Shown here piece by piece: positions 26,334 through 39,892 of a DNA stretch of 62,680 bases. Position 1 is the stretch's first letter, and the number at the start of each line of letters is the position of its first letter. Below the pieces are notes generated by a model. The model was given only the letters and a program-made list of their open reading frames with translations. It did no database searches and had not been told where the DNA came from. The position numbers and the translations under genes were made by a program. This DNA is from Octopus bimaculoides (Eukaryota). The stretch spans positions 668,356 through 731,035 of the forward strand of contig NC_068984.1 of NCBI RefSeq assembly GCF_001194135.2. The letters run 5' to 3'.

Positions 26334-27792
26334 AAAAGATAAATAAATAAAAAGATTCGACTTTTATAGCACAAGTGAACTAAAAAGTTAAAAAAAAGAA
26401 CAAACTGTGGAAAAGGCGCCAATTTTGAAAAATGTTCTCAGGCTGAGCGGTAGCGTTCTTAACAGAGCAGTGGAAACGAAGAGCGGAAACGAAAGGACAA
26501 GATGGCGTTTATGTAAAATAAGAGAAGTAGATGAGTTAATGATGGATGAAAATATATTTGCCCAAGCTGTCAAGGTTTGCGGTACTGTGCAAACATAAAA
26601 ACAACTACATCATGTGTACACGTGTGTGTATGCATAAATGCATGTGTATGTGCGTGCGTGCATGCGTGCGTGTAAATATCTATGTATATAACTTAATATT
26701 ATTTGGGTAATAAACTCATACCATGCTTTCCAAAGCTCCTGTTCGGGTATCGGCTACCACATGCTATCATATTGTAATACATCATTTCTTTCAACTCCGC
26801 GTGTGTGCGTGCGTGTAAATTATTTTAATGGTGCAACCCGAAGTATATAAAGTTATAAATGAAAGCTTAAAAACCCCTTGAATGAAGTAAATCGAACTCA
26901 CATCTGCAAAAATCCTGCTTTTCGAAGATTCTAAATTCTTATAATACATCTCTCTCTCTTTCTCTACCTCACTCTCTCTCTCTGCTTACATATCTACATA
27001 GGGACTTATTTGTGTAGGTGGAAGCACACATCTTTTCCGGAACGTGTGCACTGATCTGTATCCAATAAAATACCAGCAGGCATGTTCCTACTATTTACTT
27101 AAGGCTGCAAACGAAGCAATATCGCAATATTACACACTTGTCAATTCTCTCTAAATATTTGTATGGTACTATGTGTTGAGATGTGTGTGTGTGTGTGTGT
27201 GTGTGTTATATTATATATTACACAGGGGTAAATACATTGCTAAGAATATGAATGTATACATATTCACCTACCATGTTATATATGTGTGTCTGTGTGTGGC
27301 TTTCAATTTGTTCGATTGTATTAACCCACAAAAACGCATCATCCGATCTCATGTATAAAAAGAATTTATTGAAATTATTCTGAAGAAATATTAGTGAAAT
27401 GAAAGCGATCGCAAAGGACGTTTGTGTTAAAAATAGACAGAGTTAAAAGAAACGATTTAAATTCTATGCAGTTTGATAGAAGGGTCGACTGAATGAAGTT
27501 GAAATGTAAGTTGAAACTTAAAATTTGCGTTGCGCGGAATATGTTAATCTGTATATGGATGCGAGTTCGAATCCCGGACCGGACTGTGTGTTGTGTTCTC
27601 GAGGAAGACATTTCATTTCACCTTTAAGCGTCTGAGGACTGCATTCACGAGCGATGGAAGGCAGAAGGGCTCTGGTGTAGTAAAGTGCCAGCTTCAGCAT
27701 TTGATCCTCAGGTTGGTAAAAAGGTCAAACCCGCGATCTTCAATTCGTGTTTTTATATATATATATATATATATNNNNNNNNNNTATCTATG

Positions 27793-27827
<35 letters not shown>

Positions 27828-28288
27828 ATATATATATCTATCTATATATCTATGTATATATATATATATATATTATTTAAAATTAAACCTAAATATATTC
27901 AGTGCTGAATTATTCCGACTATGCCCGTGTAACCGGGATGTAATTTGAGAAGCCCTCCTTTTACATGGATATATAAGTGTGAGCATTTGTGTACCCTATG
28001 TTGGATATGTTTGCTGTTCACTTGGTATGTACACATGTTCATATTTATGTTTGTACTGATGATTGGAAAGTGTATTATGTACGCTAACCATGAAATCATT
28101 AATGATTTGTGACTAAATCTGTTCTTAAAAGGTAGCTCCCAAATTGCATTCCGCAGCTTTCGGTGCCCTGTATATTTATTAAAGTAGTTTGACTTCAGAG
28201 TCCCATAAAAGCGTGAGGCATTTACGTGTAGCAATAGCCCTAAATATAATGAAAGTATGTATGTATGTATGTATGTATGTATGTATGT

Positions 28289-28337
<49 letters not shown>

Positions 28338-29079
28338 CACGCAAACTAATGACGAGAACTCATGACCATAATAATGGTGTTATTGTAAATAGCTGAGTGG
28401 AAGTTTAACTACTGGAGCATTTCTCCCTCTCTCTCTCATATATATAACGCTCTACACACACACACACACACATATATATATTACTCGTTCTAATTCCAAT
28501 ACACCTAAGGGGTCAACACAGTTTTTCAATCACTGGGGTCGATGAAACAAATATCAGTTTTACACCTTGGGTGGAATAACATGCAGTAAAGCTACTGCTG
28601 CTCCCACCAGTACCACAGCTCCTACTACTACTCCTACTACTACTACTACTACTGTTCCATTATAAAATTTGGTGTTGTGTTTTCTATGTAGACGAAATCA
28701 ATATTACTTGTCATAAGTGATATGGACGCTAATGTAACAGATAATCCTGTTCTGTGATAACGGATGATTTTCTAAGTGGTACCTCTCTCTAAACTGTGGA
28801 CTAAGAGATGTCAATTGCTTTCCATTCGAAAATTAATGCAAATATATGCAAATATATACAAAAACAACACGATTGATTATTTCTTACGAATGACAGGAAA
28901 TACGTAGTGACATGCTCGCCCCATCCCCTCACCAGTCTGCCCAAGAGAAAAAAACATTTACAACAAACAAAAATAAAGACTGAAGAACACTTGACGTTCA
29001 AGACTTGTTTTTCGAAGAAAATTGAAAAAAGACCAATGAAGCAGCGGCAGATATCAACTAACAAGCATGCCCAAGTGAA

Positions 29080-29116
<37 letters not shown>

Positions 29117-29544
29117 TAACATGATATGAGAATATTATTCCGCTTCTTTCACAGTATTGTGTACTTTTACTTGTACTTTCTTTAGCTTAAGTGCAATTCA
29201 CACCAGTATGATGCTAAGCAATCAATTATGAAGGCGCACACATACTTAAAATTTTGTCTGTTTATATATATATATCTATTATATAGGTTACATATATCAA
29301 AACTTGTTACTGAGATCCTCGTTGACAGACTCAAGATATCAAATATAGTGTTAACACGTATGGTATGCAAATTAGTTGCTCCAGCTTTCTGGAATTGTTG
29401 AATATATAAACAGATTGCAAGCTTATTCTACAGAGACTGGCAAGGTTGAGTTAGACGCCTCTAATGAGAATCCAATAAGATTTGGAATTTGATTAAGAAT
29501 GTTTACTTTATTTTCAATCTTCTGAGATTTGTCTCTCTCTTCAC

Positions 29545-29657
29545 AATGCTTTGGTTGGCTCGTGGCTATAGAAGACACTTGCCCAATGTGCCAAGCAGTG
29601 GGACTGAATGCGGAATCATGTGGTTGGGAAGCAAGCTTCTTACCAGATAGCCACGCC
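29545..29657 (-). mobile_element. SINE S1 head only
   Basis: GGCTATAGAAGACACTTGCCC..GTGGGACTGAA..TCATGTGGTTGGGAAGCAAGCTTCTTACCA..GCCACGCC. Confidence 0.8.
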
Positions 29658-29659
29658 TT

Positions 29660-29734
<75 letters not shown>

Positions 29735-29739
29735 AAATG

Positions 29740-30130
29740 ATACAACAAAGCTTAGGCTGTGTTGAATTTTCAGGGCATTTATAGAGAGAAAGTTAGTCTT
29801 ACAGCTGTTTCTGGGATATTAGAGATATCCCTTCATCAGAGACGATGTGAGATAGTTATGTAAAGGGAAATATTAGAATTCAATACGAGGAGTTATTTTG
29901 GAAAACAAAGCAAATAAAGAGTATATAGGGAAATAGGAGAACGAATATAAAAGTAAAAAATCAAAAATGTATAAAGATGTTATAGTTGCAGTTCGATTAT
30001 CCTAAGAAAGTGGTCTTTAGAAGTGGTAGAAATGCTTCCTGTCCATGGTACGTAAATTCTGATAGGAGTTCATATTTTGTCACCACAAATGGAGACGTAG
30101 ATTCCTTGTGCTCTTAATTCAAAGGAGTCT
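29740..30130 (-). mobile_element. Decayed PLE 3' end with HHR
   Basis: Same terminal architecture as 40207-41590, with a weak endonuclease C-terminal remnant (KYELLSE..RKHF-like) near 30030-30100. Confidence 0.6.
29796..29843 (-). ncRNA. Minimal type I hammerhead ribozyme (family A) with canonical CUGAUGA/GAAA
   Basis: Minus strand: GTCT-CTGATGA-A-GGGATAT-CTCTA-ATATCCC-A-GAAA-CAGCTG-TA-AGAC. 4-bp helix I, 7-bp helix II, palindromic ACAGCTGT helix III, GUA cleavage triplet, A10.1-A11.1 mismatch. Confidence 0.82.
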
Positions 30131-30273
30131 TGTGGTGTGATACAAGACCGCATTAGACTCCTCACTTGTATCGTTATCAAACCGAGAGTTTAACTACGGT
30201 CCTTCCGTAGCACTTACATAGCGTTACCTACCACCTTGGGTCTTCTGGATACCAATACCTCTCATACCTTTGC

Positions 30274-30314
<41 letters not shown>

Positions 30315-31689
30315 TATTTCCACTCTATAGCTCACTCTTCTCTATTGTTTTGTATGCATTTCTCCTACACAAAATGCCACTACGTAACTTTTTTTTTATC
30401 TCATTCACTTACCTTTTGGCGACAATTAAAGGCCCTCTAAACTCCATCGGTCTCACTCCTAGATACACATTGTCATCAAAAACAGAATTCTCTTTAATCT
30501 TGTTCAACTAAGCTGAACAAACAGTTTAGGTCATACCTCTCACAATCTTCTTGTTCTACAAGAACACACACAAAGAGTTATTACTTCACTTTACGCCACA
30601 TTATTATTATTATACAGACAGATGTTATCCACGGTAAACTTTGACACTTCCCTCCCAGGTATGTCCTATTTCCATAAGCAAAGATCGTGGCACTTATTTC
30701 AACCGGAAGACATGACAATCTAATCCCCAACGTCAAAACCAAATCACAATCGTTTCAAATATCAGCATAACAAGCTTACACTAAACCCACCTCATATTAA
30801 AGTCACAACTAAATCTGGCAAAAATTGCTTCAGTTGCTTAGATTAAGAAAATCTCTGATAAAGATCGATCCATTGATTAGACCCACCTGACTAACACAGT
30901 ACAGTGCTTCACACATAAATATCTTAAACCCCATAAAAAATGTCCTACTTAACTAATTACCAAACATTCATTTAGCAACATGCTACAACCACACCGAGCA
31001 ATGGTTAGTTTCTTTCACTTGTTGCAGAAAACATTTTTTTTGGGGGGGGGAGCAAAATGCTCGACCCAGAGGCCCTTGATGGTTCCACCCCTCAAACTTT
31101 GTCATCCTTGTGCTTTCTCATACCTCGACTGTACACGATCCTAATTTCTTCTGCAATTGCCTCTTCAATCACCCGAACTTTTATTTGGTATCAGCTGTAA
31201 TAATCAAATCAGTTTGAAAATATGTATATTTATGACTTTAAATAACGAGAGAGAATAACAACACACGACTCCGTGGGAATCGAACTCGGTACATTTACCG
31301 TTTGTAGCAAAATGTCACACGAGTACAGAACATAATACCTATTAATATATGACAAAAGAATCAATCATCTTCATTTGATTATTGCTGTTTCTGCTATATT
31401 ACATTGATAACTGAGTGCTCATGCGAATTATTATAGCTCCCTCAGAGCCATTTAAATAAAACATGTTCATTACAGAAAGCATATAAAATACATAGAGTTG
31501 ATTACATCCATAGAGTTGGTTACCCAAATACAACAGCTTTAACACGAAATAACTTCTAAAATACAAAATTTTGTCAAAAACGTTAAGAGTGAACTGTGTT
31601 CTACGTGACACAGTCAACCAGTATCCGAAGTTTCAAACTGTTTAGTTAAAAGAAAATAATTTAAAAATCTGTGACAGAAATTGAATAGA

Positions 31690-33110
31690 TCCGGAGACTT
31701 TTCATAGTTTTGGACTGTTTTTTGCTCTTTATGATGGTGTGCATTTGGAGGATTAAATTCATTCTGTGGTCCCTTTTTTTGTAGGGGAATGTTTTGGAGG
31801 ATGGTGTCGAAGGATTCATTTTAAAGAGAGTTGTGTGTGGAGATGTATCATAGTGCTTTTGGTTGTAAATCCTTCTTTAATTTGTGATGTCGGAGTTCGT
31901 GGATGTTCAATGAGTAATGGTGGGTAGTTCTTGGTGATGAGTGTATCCTTTAGTTCATGTAGTCGTGTGACCCTGGTGCTTGTATTAGAAATTATAGTAC
32001 AAATCCTTTTTGCTGGGTTGAAAGGGATATTCATTCTAGTGTGTCTGGTGTGGCATGAGTTGAACGGTAGATATTGCTTGGAGTCCGTGGGCTTATAGTA
32101 TATATGTTTCTACAATGAGGATGTCGAGGAAAAGAACTTGTTGATGGATATATTCCATCGTGAGTTGAATGTTTATGTCAAGTCCATTTAAAAGTGCTTG
32201 AAATTCTCTAAGTCTCTCTATACTTTCATGCCAAAGAATGAAACAGTCATCCAGATATCTCTTCCAGTTATATTCTATGTAGAGGGAGAATGGGTTGCCG
32301 TATTTCCTTTTAGTACCTTACGATAAAGACCGATTTCTAGATATCCCATGACTAGGTTAGCAAACGAGGGGGCCCATTCTCGCACCCATCGCAGTCCACA
32401 ATTTTTGTCGATAGAAGTTGTCTTTGAAGACAAAGTAGTTATTCTCCAAGATGAATTTTAGCCCTTCTATTACAAATTCTTTTTTGATGCGATGTGGGAG
32501 TTCATTGGCTTAATTCTCTAGCCAGAATTGAATTGCCTCTATTCCTAGGCTGTGGGGGATATTAGAATAGAGGTTGACTACATCAAAGGATACCAGTAGG
32601 GTGTTTTTGTTTACTGTTTCAGGGAGGTGATTGATCATATCCAGGTCGTCCCTTATGTAATTTTTGATATGCTAGACGAATGTTTTTAAGAGGGAATCTA
32701 AAAGGTTACTGAGGCAGTGGGTTTCGCATGCGGGACCTGCTATTTGAGGTCTTAATTTGAGGTCATTATGAGTAGGGACCTTGATTATTATGCCTGTGGC
32801 TATCCTGAATGCGTTACTTATTTTCTCACTTTTATGTATCTTAGGAATACGGTAAAATTGACTGGATTCACTTTTGAAATTGGTCATATAATCGTATTCC
32901 TTGTCGGTGAGCCCTTCTCTGTATAGTTTTAAGATGGATTTTAGGTTTCTCATTCTCTGCTGACTGTAGTGCTGGACCTTTTCATAATATGTTGTGTCTT
33001 CTAATATGGATAGTATTAGAGTTATATAGTATAGCGTGTCCATTAAGGCTACTGCACACCCTTTATCAGCCACTTTGATTGTTATTGTTTTATCACTTTT
33101 TAATTTGTTC
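31690..33110 (-). mobile_element. PLE reverse transcriptase segment (inverted part of a composite copy)
   Basis: LNKLKSDKTITIKVADKG; FYRIPKIHK; LKLRPQIAGP; LVSFDVVNLYSNIPH; KFILENNYFVF; TAMGARMGPSFANL; RYLDDCF; NIPFNPAKRICTI; IIKSKKQSK. Confidence 0.92.
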
Positions 33111-33800
33111 AGCTCTGCACAGATCCCAGATCAAAATTCCGAAAAACAGGAAAATAGCATTCAGCGAACACATCGACAGTTGCGCCAATAACAAACAACC
33201 CAGCTTCAGAATCGTTCCCCGCTATCAATTCAGGGACGACAGAACCCGCAGCCAGCGTATTAGTAAAGAGTCATTCTTTATCACAAAATATAAACCCCAT
33301 TTTGAATGCATCAGCCAGAAATGACACTATCACCAAGGCCTTAGAATAACACCCACGCAAATATTGAAAACGACATACTGAAAATGCTCACTTCACACGA
33401 ATATATTCAGAACAATTTTAATCACTACTATTACAACCACAACGGGTCAATTTTAGGTCACTTGACCATTTAAGAGGATTCCACCAACATCCTGCTACTG
33501 TTATACCACTCCCGCATTCTTCTTCTCCTTCTACTGCTGCTTAAACAATCAAAGACAAGAATTCATACCAAACTAGTTGCTGCTAACTACCTAGAACCCA
33601 CAAGTGTAAAAAAAAGAGAGACAGAGAGAAACAGCAAAAAGGAGAATGTCCCTTGCATTTAAAAACTATGGAAATATTTTTTTAAAACATTTAATTTAAT
33701 TTTTCCACAATTTAATTGTTTTTCATGCTTTGAAGTCGTAAAGACTGAAACCAGTCCCAAAATGTTCTTCATGATAAAATTATTTTAGTATTTTCCACCT
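33111..33800 (+). mobile_element. PLE GIY-YIG C-terminus plus 3' end (direct part of the same composite copy)
   Basis: LHRSQIKIPKNRKIAFSEHIDSC..FRIVP..RSQRISKESFFITKYKP is a PLE endonuclease C-terminus. Decayed HHR-like CTTTGA-AGTC-GTAAA-GACT-GAAAC-CA-GTC at 33728-33756 lies in the same sense. Confidence 0.75.
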
Positions 33801-34664
33801 TGTCTTATTTTCCTTATATATATGCACAGCTAAGAGTGAAACTAAGTATAGACTGTCAATTCTTATATAACAAATACATATCTAACCATTCTTCGCAGCT
33901 TATTGAGTTTCTAAAACAGACATTATCTGCACGATCTAAAATATTTAATCGCTGGCAAGTCAGAAGTATTGCTTTTGTAACCATAACATGCTACAAGGTA
34001 TATTATAGGTGTATAAGTAAACATTGTTTATTGCTGTGTGCTAACAGTGCTATAATTTCAAGTTTAATGCTATCTCTATAGATTTTCTATAAAATCTAGT
34101 GCCAGCATTGTTAGTTGTGACGTTTCGTAAACATATACATTTATGCAAAGAATGTGATCGAAGATAGAAAAAGTAGGTGATTGGTGTATATGCATATTTC
34201 ATGGAATTTTGTCCTTTCACCAGCGCTTCAACTAACTATTCAACTACCCACTAGGTTAAGCGGTGTAACATAACAGCATTGACCATTTTGCATAGTAAAC
34301 GCATTTCATTTTTACGGTTGTCCCATTTTACGAGATTACTTTAAAACTCAAATTATAATACTAACAACACATAGTAGAATATTATAGTTACAAAATGAAA
34401 TACTGTTATCTTACCAGTAAGTAAATATACACCTTAGGTGCAAGGAAGGTGTATAATAAGCAAATTGGATTATCCCATTATGTTATACTGCTAAGCCTAC
34501 TGGTTATTTAAGCAACGCGTTGCTGGGTGGTTGATGGATTAGATGACATGCTGAAAGAAAAGATAAACTAATAGACTTGGTTTTCTCTGAATGCTCGTAC
34601 AAACCGAGGAAGTTCGAATCCCTGAAGAGATTTTAGCTCCTTCACTAATTAAATGAAATATATT

Positions 34665-35032
34665 CTTTTATTTGTTTCAGTCATTTGACTGCGACCATAC
34701 TGGAGCACCGCCTTTAGTCGAACAAATCGACCCCAGGACTTAATCTCTGTAAGCCTAGTACTTTTTCTATCGGTCTCTTTTGCCAAACCGCTAAGTTACG
34801 GGGACGTAAACACACCAGCATCGGTTGTCAAACAATGTTGGGAGGACAATCACAGACACACAAACATACACATATATAATTATGTATACGATGGGCTATC
34901 AAATCCACTCACAAGGCTTTGGTCATCCCGAGGTTATAGTAGAAGAGTCTTGTCCAAGGTGCCACGCAGTGGGAATGAACCCGGAACCATGTGGTTGGTA
35001 AGCAAGCTACTTATCACAGCCACTTCTGCGCC
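34665..35032 (-). mobile_element. Full-length SINE S1
   Basis: Well-preserved reverse complement of 25967-26333. Confidence 0.9.
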
Positions 35033-35080
35033 TATATATATATATATAAATATATTTACTTTATTTGTGTATGTGTGTGC

Positions 35081-35112
<32 letters not shown>

Positions 35113-35165
35113 GTATATATATATATGCACACATATATATATATATGTTTATGAAAGTAAAAAAG

Positions 35166-35216
<51 letters not shown>

Positions 35217-37714
35217 ACAGAAAATGTTATAACGTTCTATAGTTACAGTTGNNNNNNNNNNNNNNNNNNNNNNNNNNNNNNNNNNNNNNNNNNNNNNNNN
35301 NNNNNNNNNNNNNNNNNNNNNNNNNNNNNNNNNNNNNNNNNNNNNNNNNNNNNNNNNNNNNNNNNNNNNNNNNNNNNNNNNNNNNNNNNNNNNNNNNNNN
35401 NNNNNNNNNNNNNNNNNNNNNNNNNNNNNNNNNNNNNNNNNNNNNNNNNNNNNNNNNNNNNNNNNNNNNNNNNNNNNNNNNNNNNNNNNNNNNNNNNNNN
35501 NNNNNNNNNNNNNNNNNNNNNNNNNNNNNNNNNNNNNNNNNNNNNNNNNNNNNNNNNNNNNNNNNNNNNNNNNNNNNNNNNNNNNNNNNNNNNNNNNNNN
35601 NNNNNNNNNNNNNNNNNNNNNNNNNNNNNNNNGCCCTCCACTCCCTCCCATATCTCTCACCCTTTCTCCCTCCTCTCTCTCTTTTTCTGTCTGTCTGTAT
35701 GTCCCTCCCTCCCCCCCCTCTCTCTCTCTCTAAACGTAAACACTCCTTGTTTATGTGGTCACAAGAGAAATCCATTAGGATGTAATGGACGTCACTAGAT
35801 TCACCTGAAATTATTATCACAACTATCGACTGACGTCATCACATGTCTCCTTCAACATGGGAACTTCCACGTGCTTACAATACTTGCTAGAAATAGCAGT
35901 CAAATCTCTCTCAGCTTGCACCCTATCGTCTTATAAAAGATGTCATATTGGAGAAAATAGTGTTAGCTATTCAAAAAATGTACAAAAGACAATAAAAAAC
36001 GGGATGGTCACTGCTAGACCGTTTTTGAATCATGTTTGATTGAGGTTGATGTGTTAAACAACACCATTATCGCTACCATTACCAAATTTCCCACTTACAC
36101 CATAACAACATCACCAACACCACCGCACTACTATTATTACACTACCTCTGCTACTGCTACATCACTCCACCTTCACCAATATCAAAATCAATATCACATA
36201 CACAACCTCCAAATCACCAATATTACCAACAATACCCCAACACCACTGAAAGGTAATATGGCCCCAACGCTCTTTTAGCTTCCCGAAATATAGAAACAGG
36301 AAAATATTTCATTGATACACTTTGAGGGTCCCCCATTTAACTGTACTTCTAGCATAAGGAAAATGTTACTAAGTAGCTCGAGTGTGAAATAGAAGCAGAC
36401 TGCTCATGTAGAGGTAACACCACGTGTCCACTTGATAGTTATTACAATACGGAAACTGAGCGACAAATGTGCGAAAATGAGCATGTGTTAGAGAAGGTCT
36501 CTTCAGGACCAGATTCAACCACCAGTTCTCGTTTAACATTCAAAAGAAGCGAAATGTCACATCTCTAGCGAAATATAAATATACGTTAACAGAAACCACT
36601 GGAAGATAGTGGAAATGTTTGAACGTTACTTAGGATGTGCAGACTCGGCTTGGCTGAGAGAAGGATAACAGTAAAGAATTCTCTCCAGTCAGGCAATTAC
36701 ATAAACTCTAAAAGTGAGAAGTTTTGATCTTGCCCTCAAGCGCAGATTTGTACTAGCAAACTGGCTGACCTCACCATATGCAGTAGTCGATTTCCATGGG
36801 TTTTATTCTTCACCTACGTTTGAGGGAGTCATTTAAGACACCCAACTGTTATATGTATATTCAAACGTACTCACACACGCACATACACGTAGAAGACCAC
36901 ACATGGTGTTAAAAGATACCCTCCCCTGCTAATCCCCATTCTCACACCTCATCACCACGCGTTTCTACTCCATCTTCAGTCCAACTCAACTCTGCCCTGC
37001 AAGCATAATATTCCTAATCTAATTGAATTGAATTTAATTCACCTTAACTGTAGAAAGCCTAATATTTCTAAACATGACAATAGAGGTGGGCAATAATTTA
37101 TAAATATTGTATAAATTTATTTTTATACATCTTGTAGAAGCTTCCTTAGATTCTTTCTGCATTTAGTTATATTCAAATCATTTCTCTGTATTGGGTTTAC
37201 CAATAGACTACCCTCTCTACATTCACTACACTGGCAAACTTTTAAACTTGATGACTTCTTGAAATGTCAGCGACTGCAGCTTTGGTAAGTTTATACAAAA
37301 TCAAAATGTAATTCGATATGTTAATTATATACAACCTCCATTTACTGAGTAGTCTGCACAGAAAATTCTTCATGTTTGTAACTAATCCTATGCAAACTCG
37401 CCTCCAACACAATGTATGTTTGTTGGGAACTCTGAAAATCTGCTATAATAACTTTAGAGTTATTAAAGTAGATTTTGGAAAATGGTTGAGGGCTATCTAA
37501 TTAATTGATTAATTAAATTACTAATTAATTAGGAGTACAAACCAGTGTATAGCGACGAAACGATTCTTCTAGCCATTCGAAACGACTGTAGCCTTATATA
37601 AAGTTATAACAATATACTCTGCAATTTTAAGTCTGATTGCTATATACATACGTACATAATTACATACATACAGATGGATATTATTACCTATACTTATGTT
37701 TGTGTATGTGTGCG

Positions 37715-37745
<31 letters not shown>

Positions 37746-37865
37746 GTATATAGACACACATAAATTAAGGTAGCTTTTTTGTAATTTACAACCAAAAGGC
37801 CCAAGTATAGACATCACCAAGGCTAGCACCCTCACTCACTTCGTGACGTCTCTCTCTTTCATATT

Positions 37866-37903
<38 letters not shown>

Positions 37904-38403
37904 CGCGCGTTTTATACACGTATATATGTGTCTATTATGTATATAAGCATGCATACACATATTTATACTTGATTTTCAATGGTGTCCTTTTTTCCTTAAA
38001 TCGTTATCTCCCTCCGCCACCCTTTTCTCCTTCTTCAATTCTTTACTCATCGTCCAGTGATTCGCAAACAACCCCACCCAAACAGTAAATGGAATTTTGT
38101 ATTATTCCTCACTTCAACATGTGACCACACCCTACCATGTAAATATCAACTATAAACATCAAAAGCCGTTGAAGTTCAATTAAAGAGAAGTTACAATTAT
38201 TGAATATCGAATAACGGTCGATTTTCTGACTGAAGGAAAACCATTTGTGCTTTGATCATCTGGTCGTGTCTTTCAAACATGTGTCCTACTTATCTAGCAC
38301 TATGACTAACACTAAGCTTGTTTTATTTTGCTGGGTATACACACACACATATACATACATACATACATACATGTGTGTGTGTGTGTGTGTGTTTTTGAGT
38401 ATT

Positions 38404-39212
38404 TTCGGCCTTGTGCTATGTCCTCCGACCACGTATATCTGGTTTTTAGGCGGTTCATATTAAGATCTACAATTAAGCTGAGTGTTCAGCTCTGCCAGCA
38501 TCATCTGCAGCTGGTCTATGTTTTCAGCGATGGCTACAATGTCATCTGCGAATCAGAGGTGTATCAAGTTGTCAGGCATTGAGATTCACGCCCCCTGTCC
38601 AGTCAACATCCTCGATGACCATTTCTAGACATGACTAAAGAGCTTTGGAGGAATGGTATCTCCTTGCTTTACAGCCTTCTCATTTAGGTGATGATAGCAT
38701 CCAGATTTCAGATTTTTGAGCGGCTAGATGTATTGCACCTCGAGACTTTATATTTTCAGAGATTTCCACACAAGACCGAATGGCGGTGGACAGCCATGGA
38801 ATCTAAGAAGTAAAGGAATACGTCTGTCTAGAACGTACGGTGAATATGCGTTTAGACATGGACACTGGAATCTCAAAGACAATAAGGGTACGACCGAAGG
38901 CATTTCACTCAATAAAGGATGTGCTCAGGGCAAAGGTAGACAATATAATACGTTCCAGACTCTTTGATAGCACCGCCCTACCTGCGCTTTTAGACTCAAA
39001 TGAGAGGAGGGCTGCTACGTAGAGGACAGAACATTCATTGGCTACGACGCAAAGGTTCATGGAAAGATCCAGAGTAAGAATAACACTACGAGAGCATCTT
39101 CGAAATAAGATCATCCAAGAACAGAGAGAACGATAGGATCGCAGAATATCGAAAGCACAAGTTCCGCTGGAACACACATGTTCTAAGGTTCACAAAGAAT
39201 AGGTGGACCCAT
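38404..39212. mobile_element. RTE-clade LINE fragment with an inverted 5' portion
   Basis: 38404-38769 minus: VEI..AVKQGDTIPPKLF..FADDIVAIAEN..LNMNRLKTRY. 38769-39212 plus: EVKEYV..KAFHSIKDVL..LFDSTALPALL..MERS..FRWNTHVLRFTKNRWTHAV. Confidence 0.9.
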
Positions 39213-39544
39213 GCGGTATATATTATATATATACACACATATACACGCACACATATATACACACACACATACATACACATATATATACACATATATACAC
39301 ACACATATATACATATATACACACATATATACATGCACACATATATACACATATATATACACACATACATATACACACATACATCTTCACACATCCATAC
39401 ACATATACGCACACATATATATACACACATATATATATATATATACATACATACACATACGTCCTCACGTTTGTTTTACTTTGTCTTATTCGTCTATTTG
39501 AATTGACTAAATATACATATATATATATATACACTTTTTATCCT

Positions 39545-39745
39545 TTCATTTGTTTTAGTCATTTGACTGAGGCCATATTGGAGCACCACCGTTAGTCCAG
39601 CAAATCGACCCCAGGACTTATTCTTTGTAAGCCTAGTACTTATTCTATCGGTCTCTTTTGCCTCTTTTGCCAAACTGCTAAGCTACGGGGACACACCATT
39701 GGTTGTCAAGCGGGGGATAGACACAGGCAAATAAGCATACACACA
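39545..39745 (-). mobile_element. SINE S1 tail half
   Basis: AGTCATTTGACTG.GGCCATA.TGGAGCACC..AAATCGACCCCAGGACTTATTCTTTGTAAGCCTAG. Confidence 0.85.
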
Positions 39746-39823
39746 CACGTACATATATATATATATATATATATACAATTAAACCTTGGGAGAGGCATTA
39801 TACCGGTAATAAACACACGCACT

Positions 39824-39892
39824 GGTTCAGTCCTTTATTAATTTATATAGTTTTAAAACTAAAAACTATATAAATTAATAAAGGACCGAACC
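39824..39892. repeat. 31-bp near-perfect inverted repeat with 7-nt spacer
   Basis: GGTTCAGTCCTTTATTAATTTATATAGTTTT-AAAACTA-AAAACTATATAAATTAATAAAGGACCGAACC, 30/31 matches, ending at an N gap. Confidence 0.95.

Noticed and set aside
26495-26520. CAAGATGGCG as a gene start
   Set aside because: The frame closes after four codons (MAFM*) and there is no good donor.
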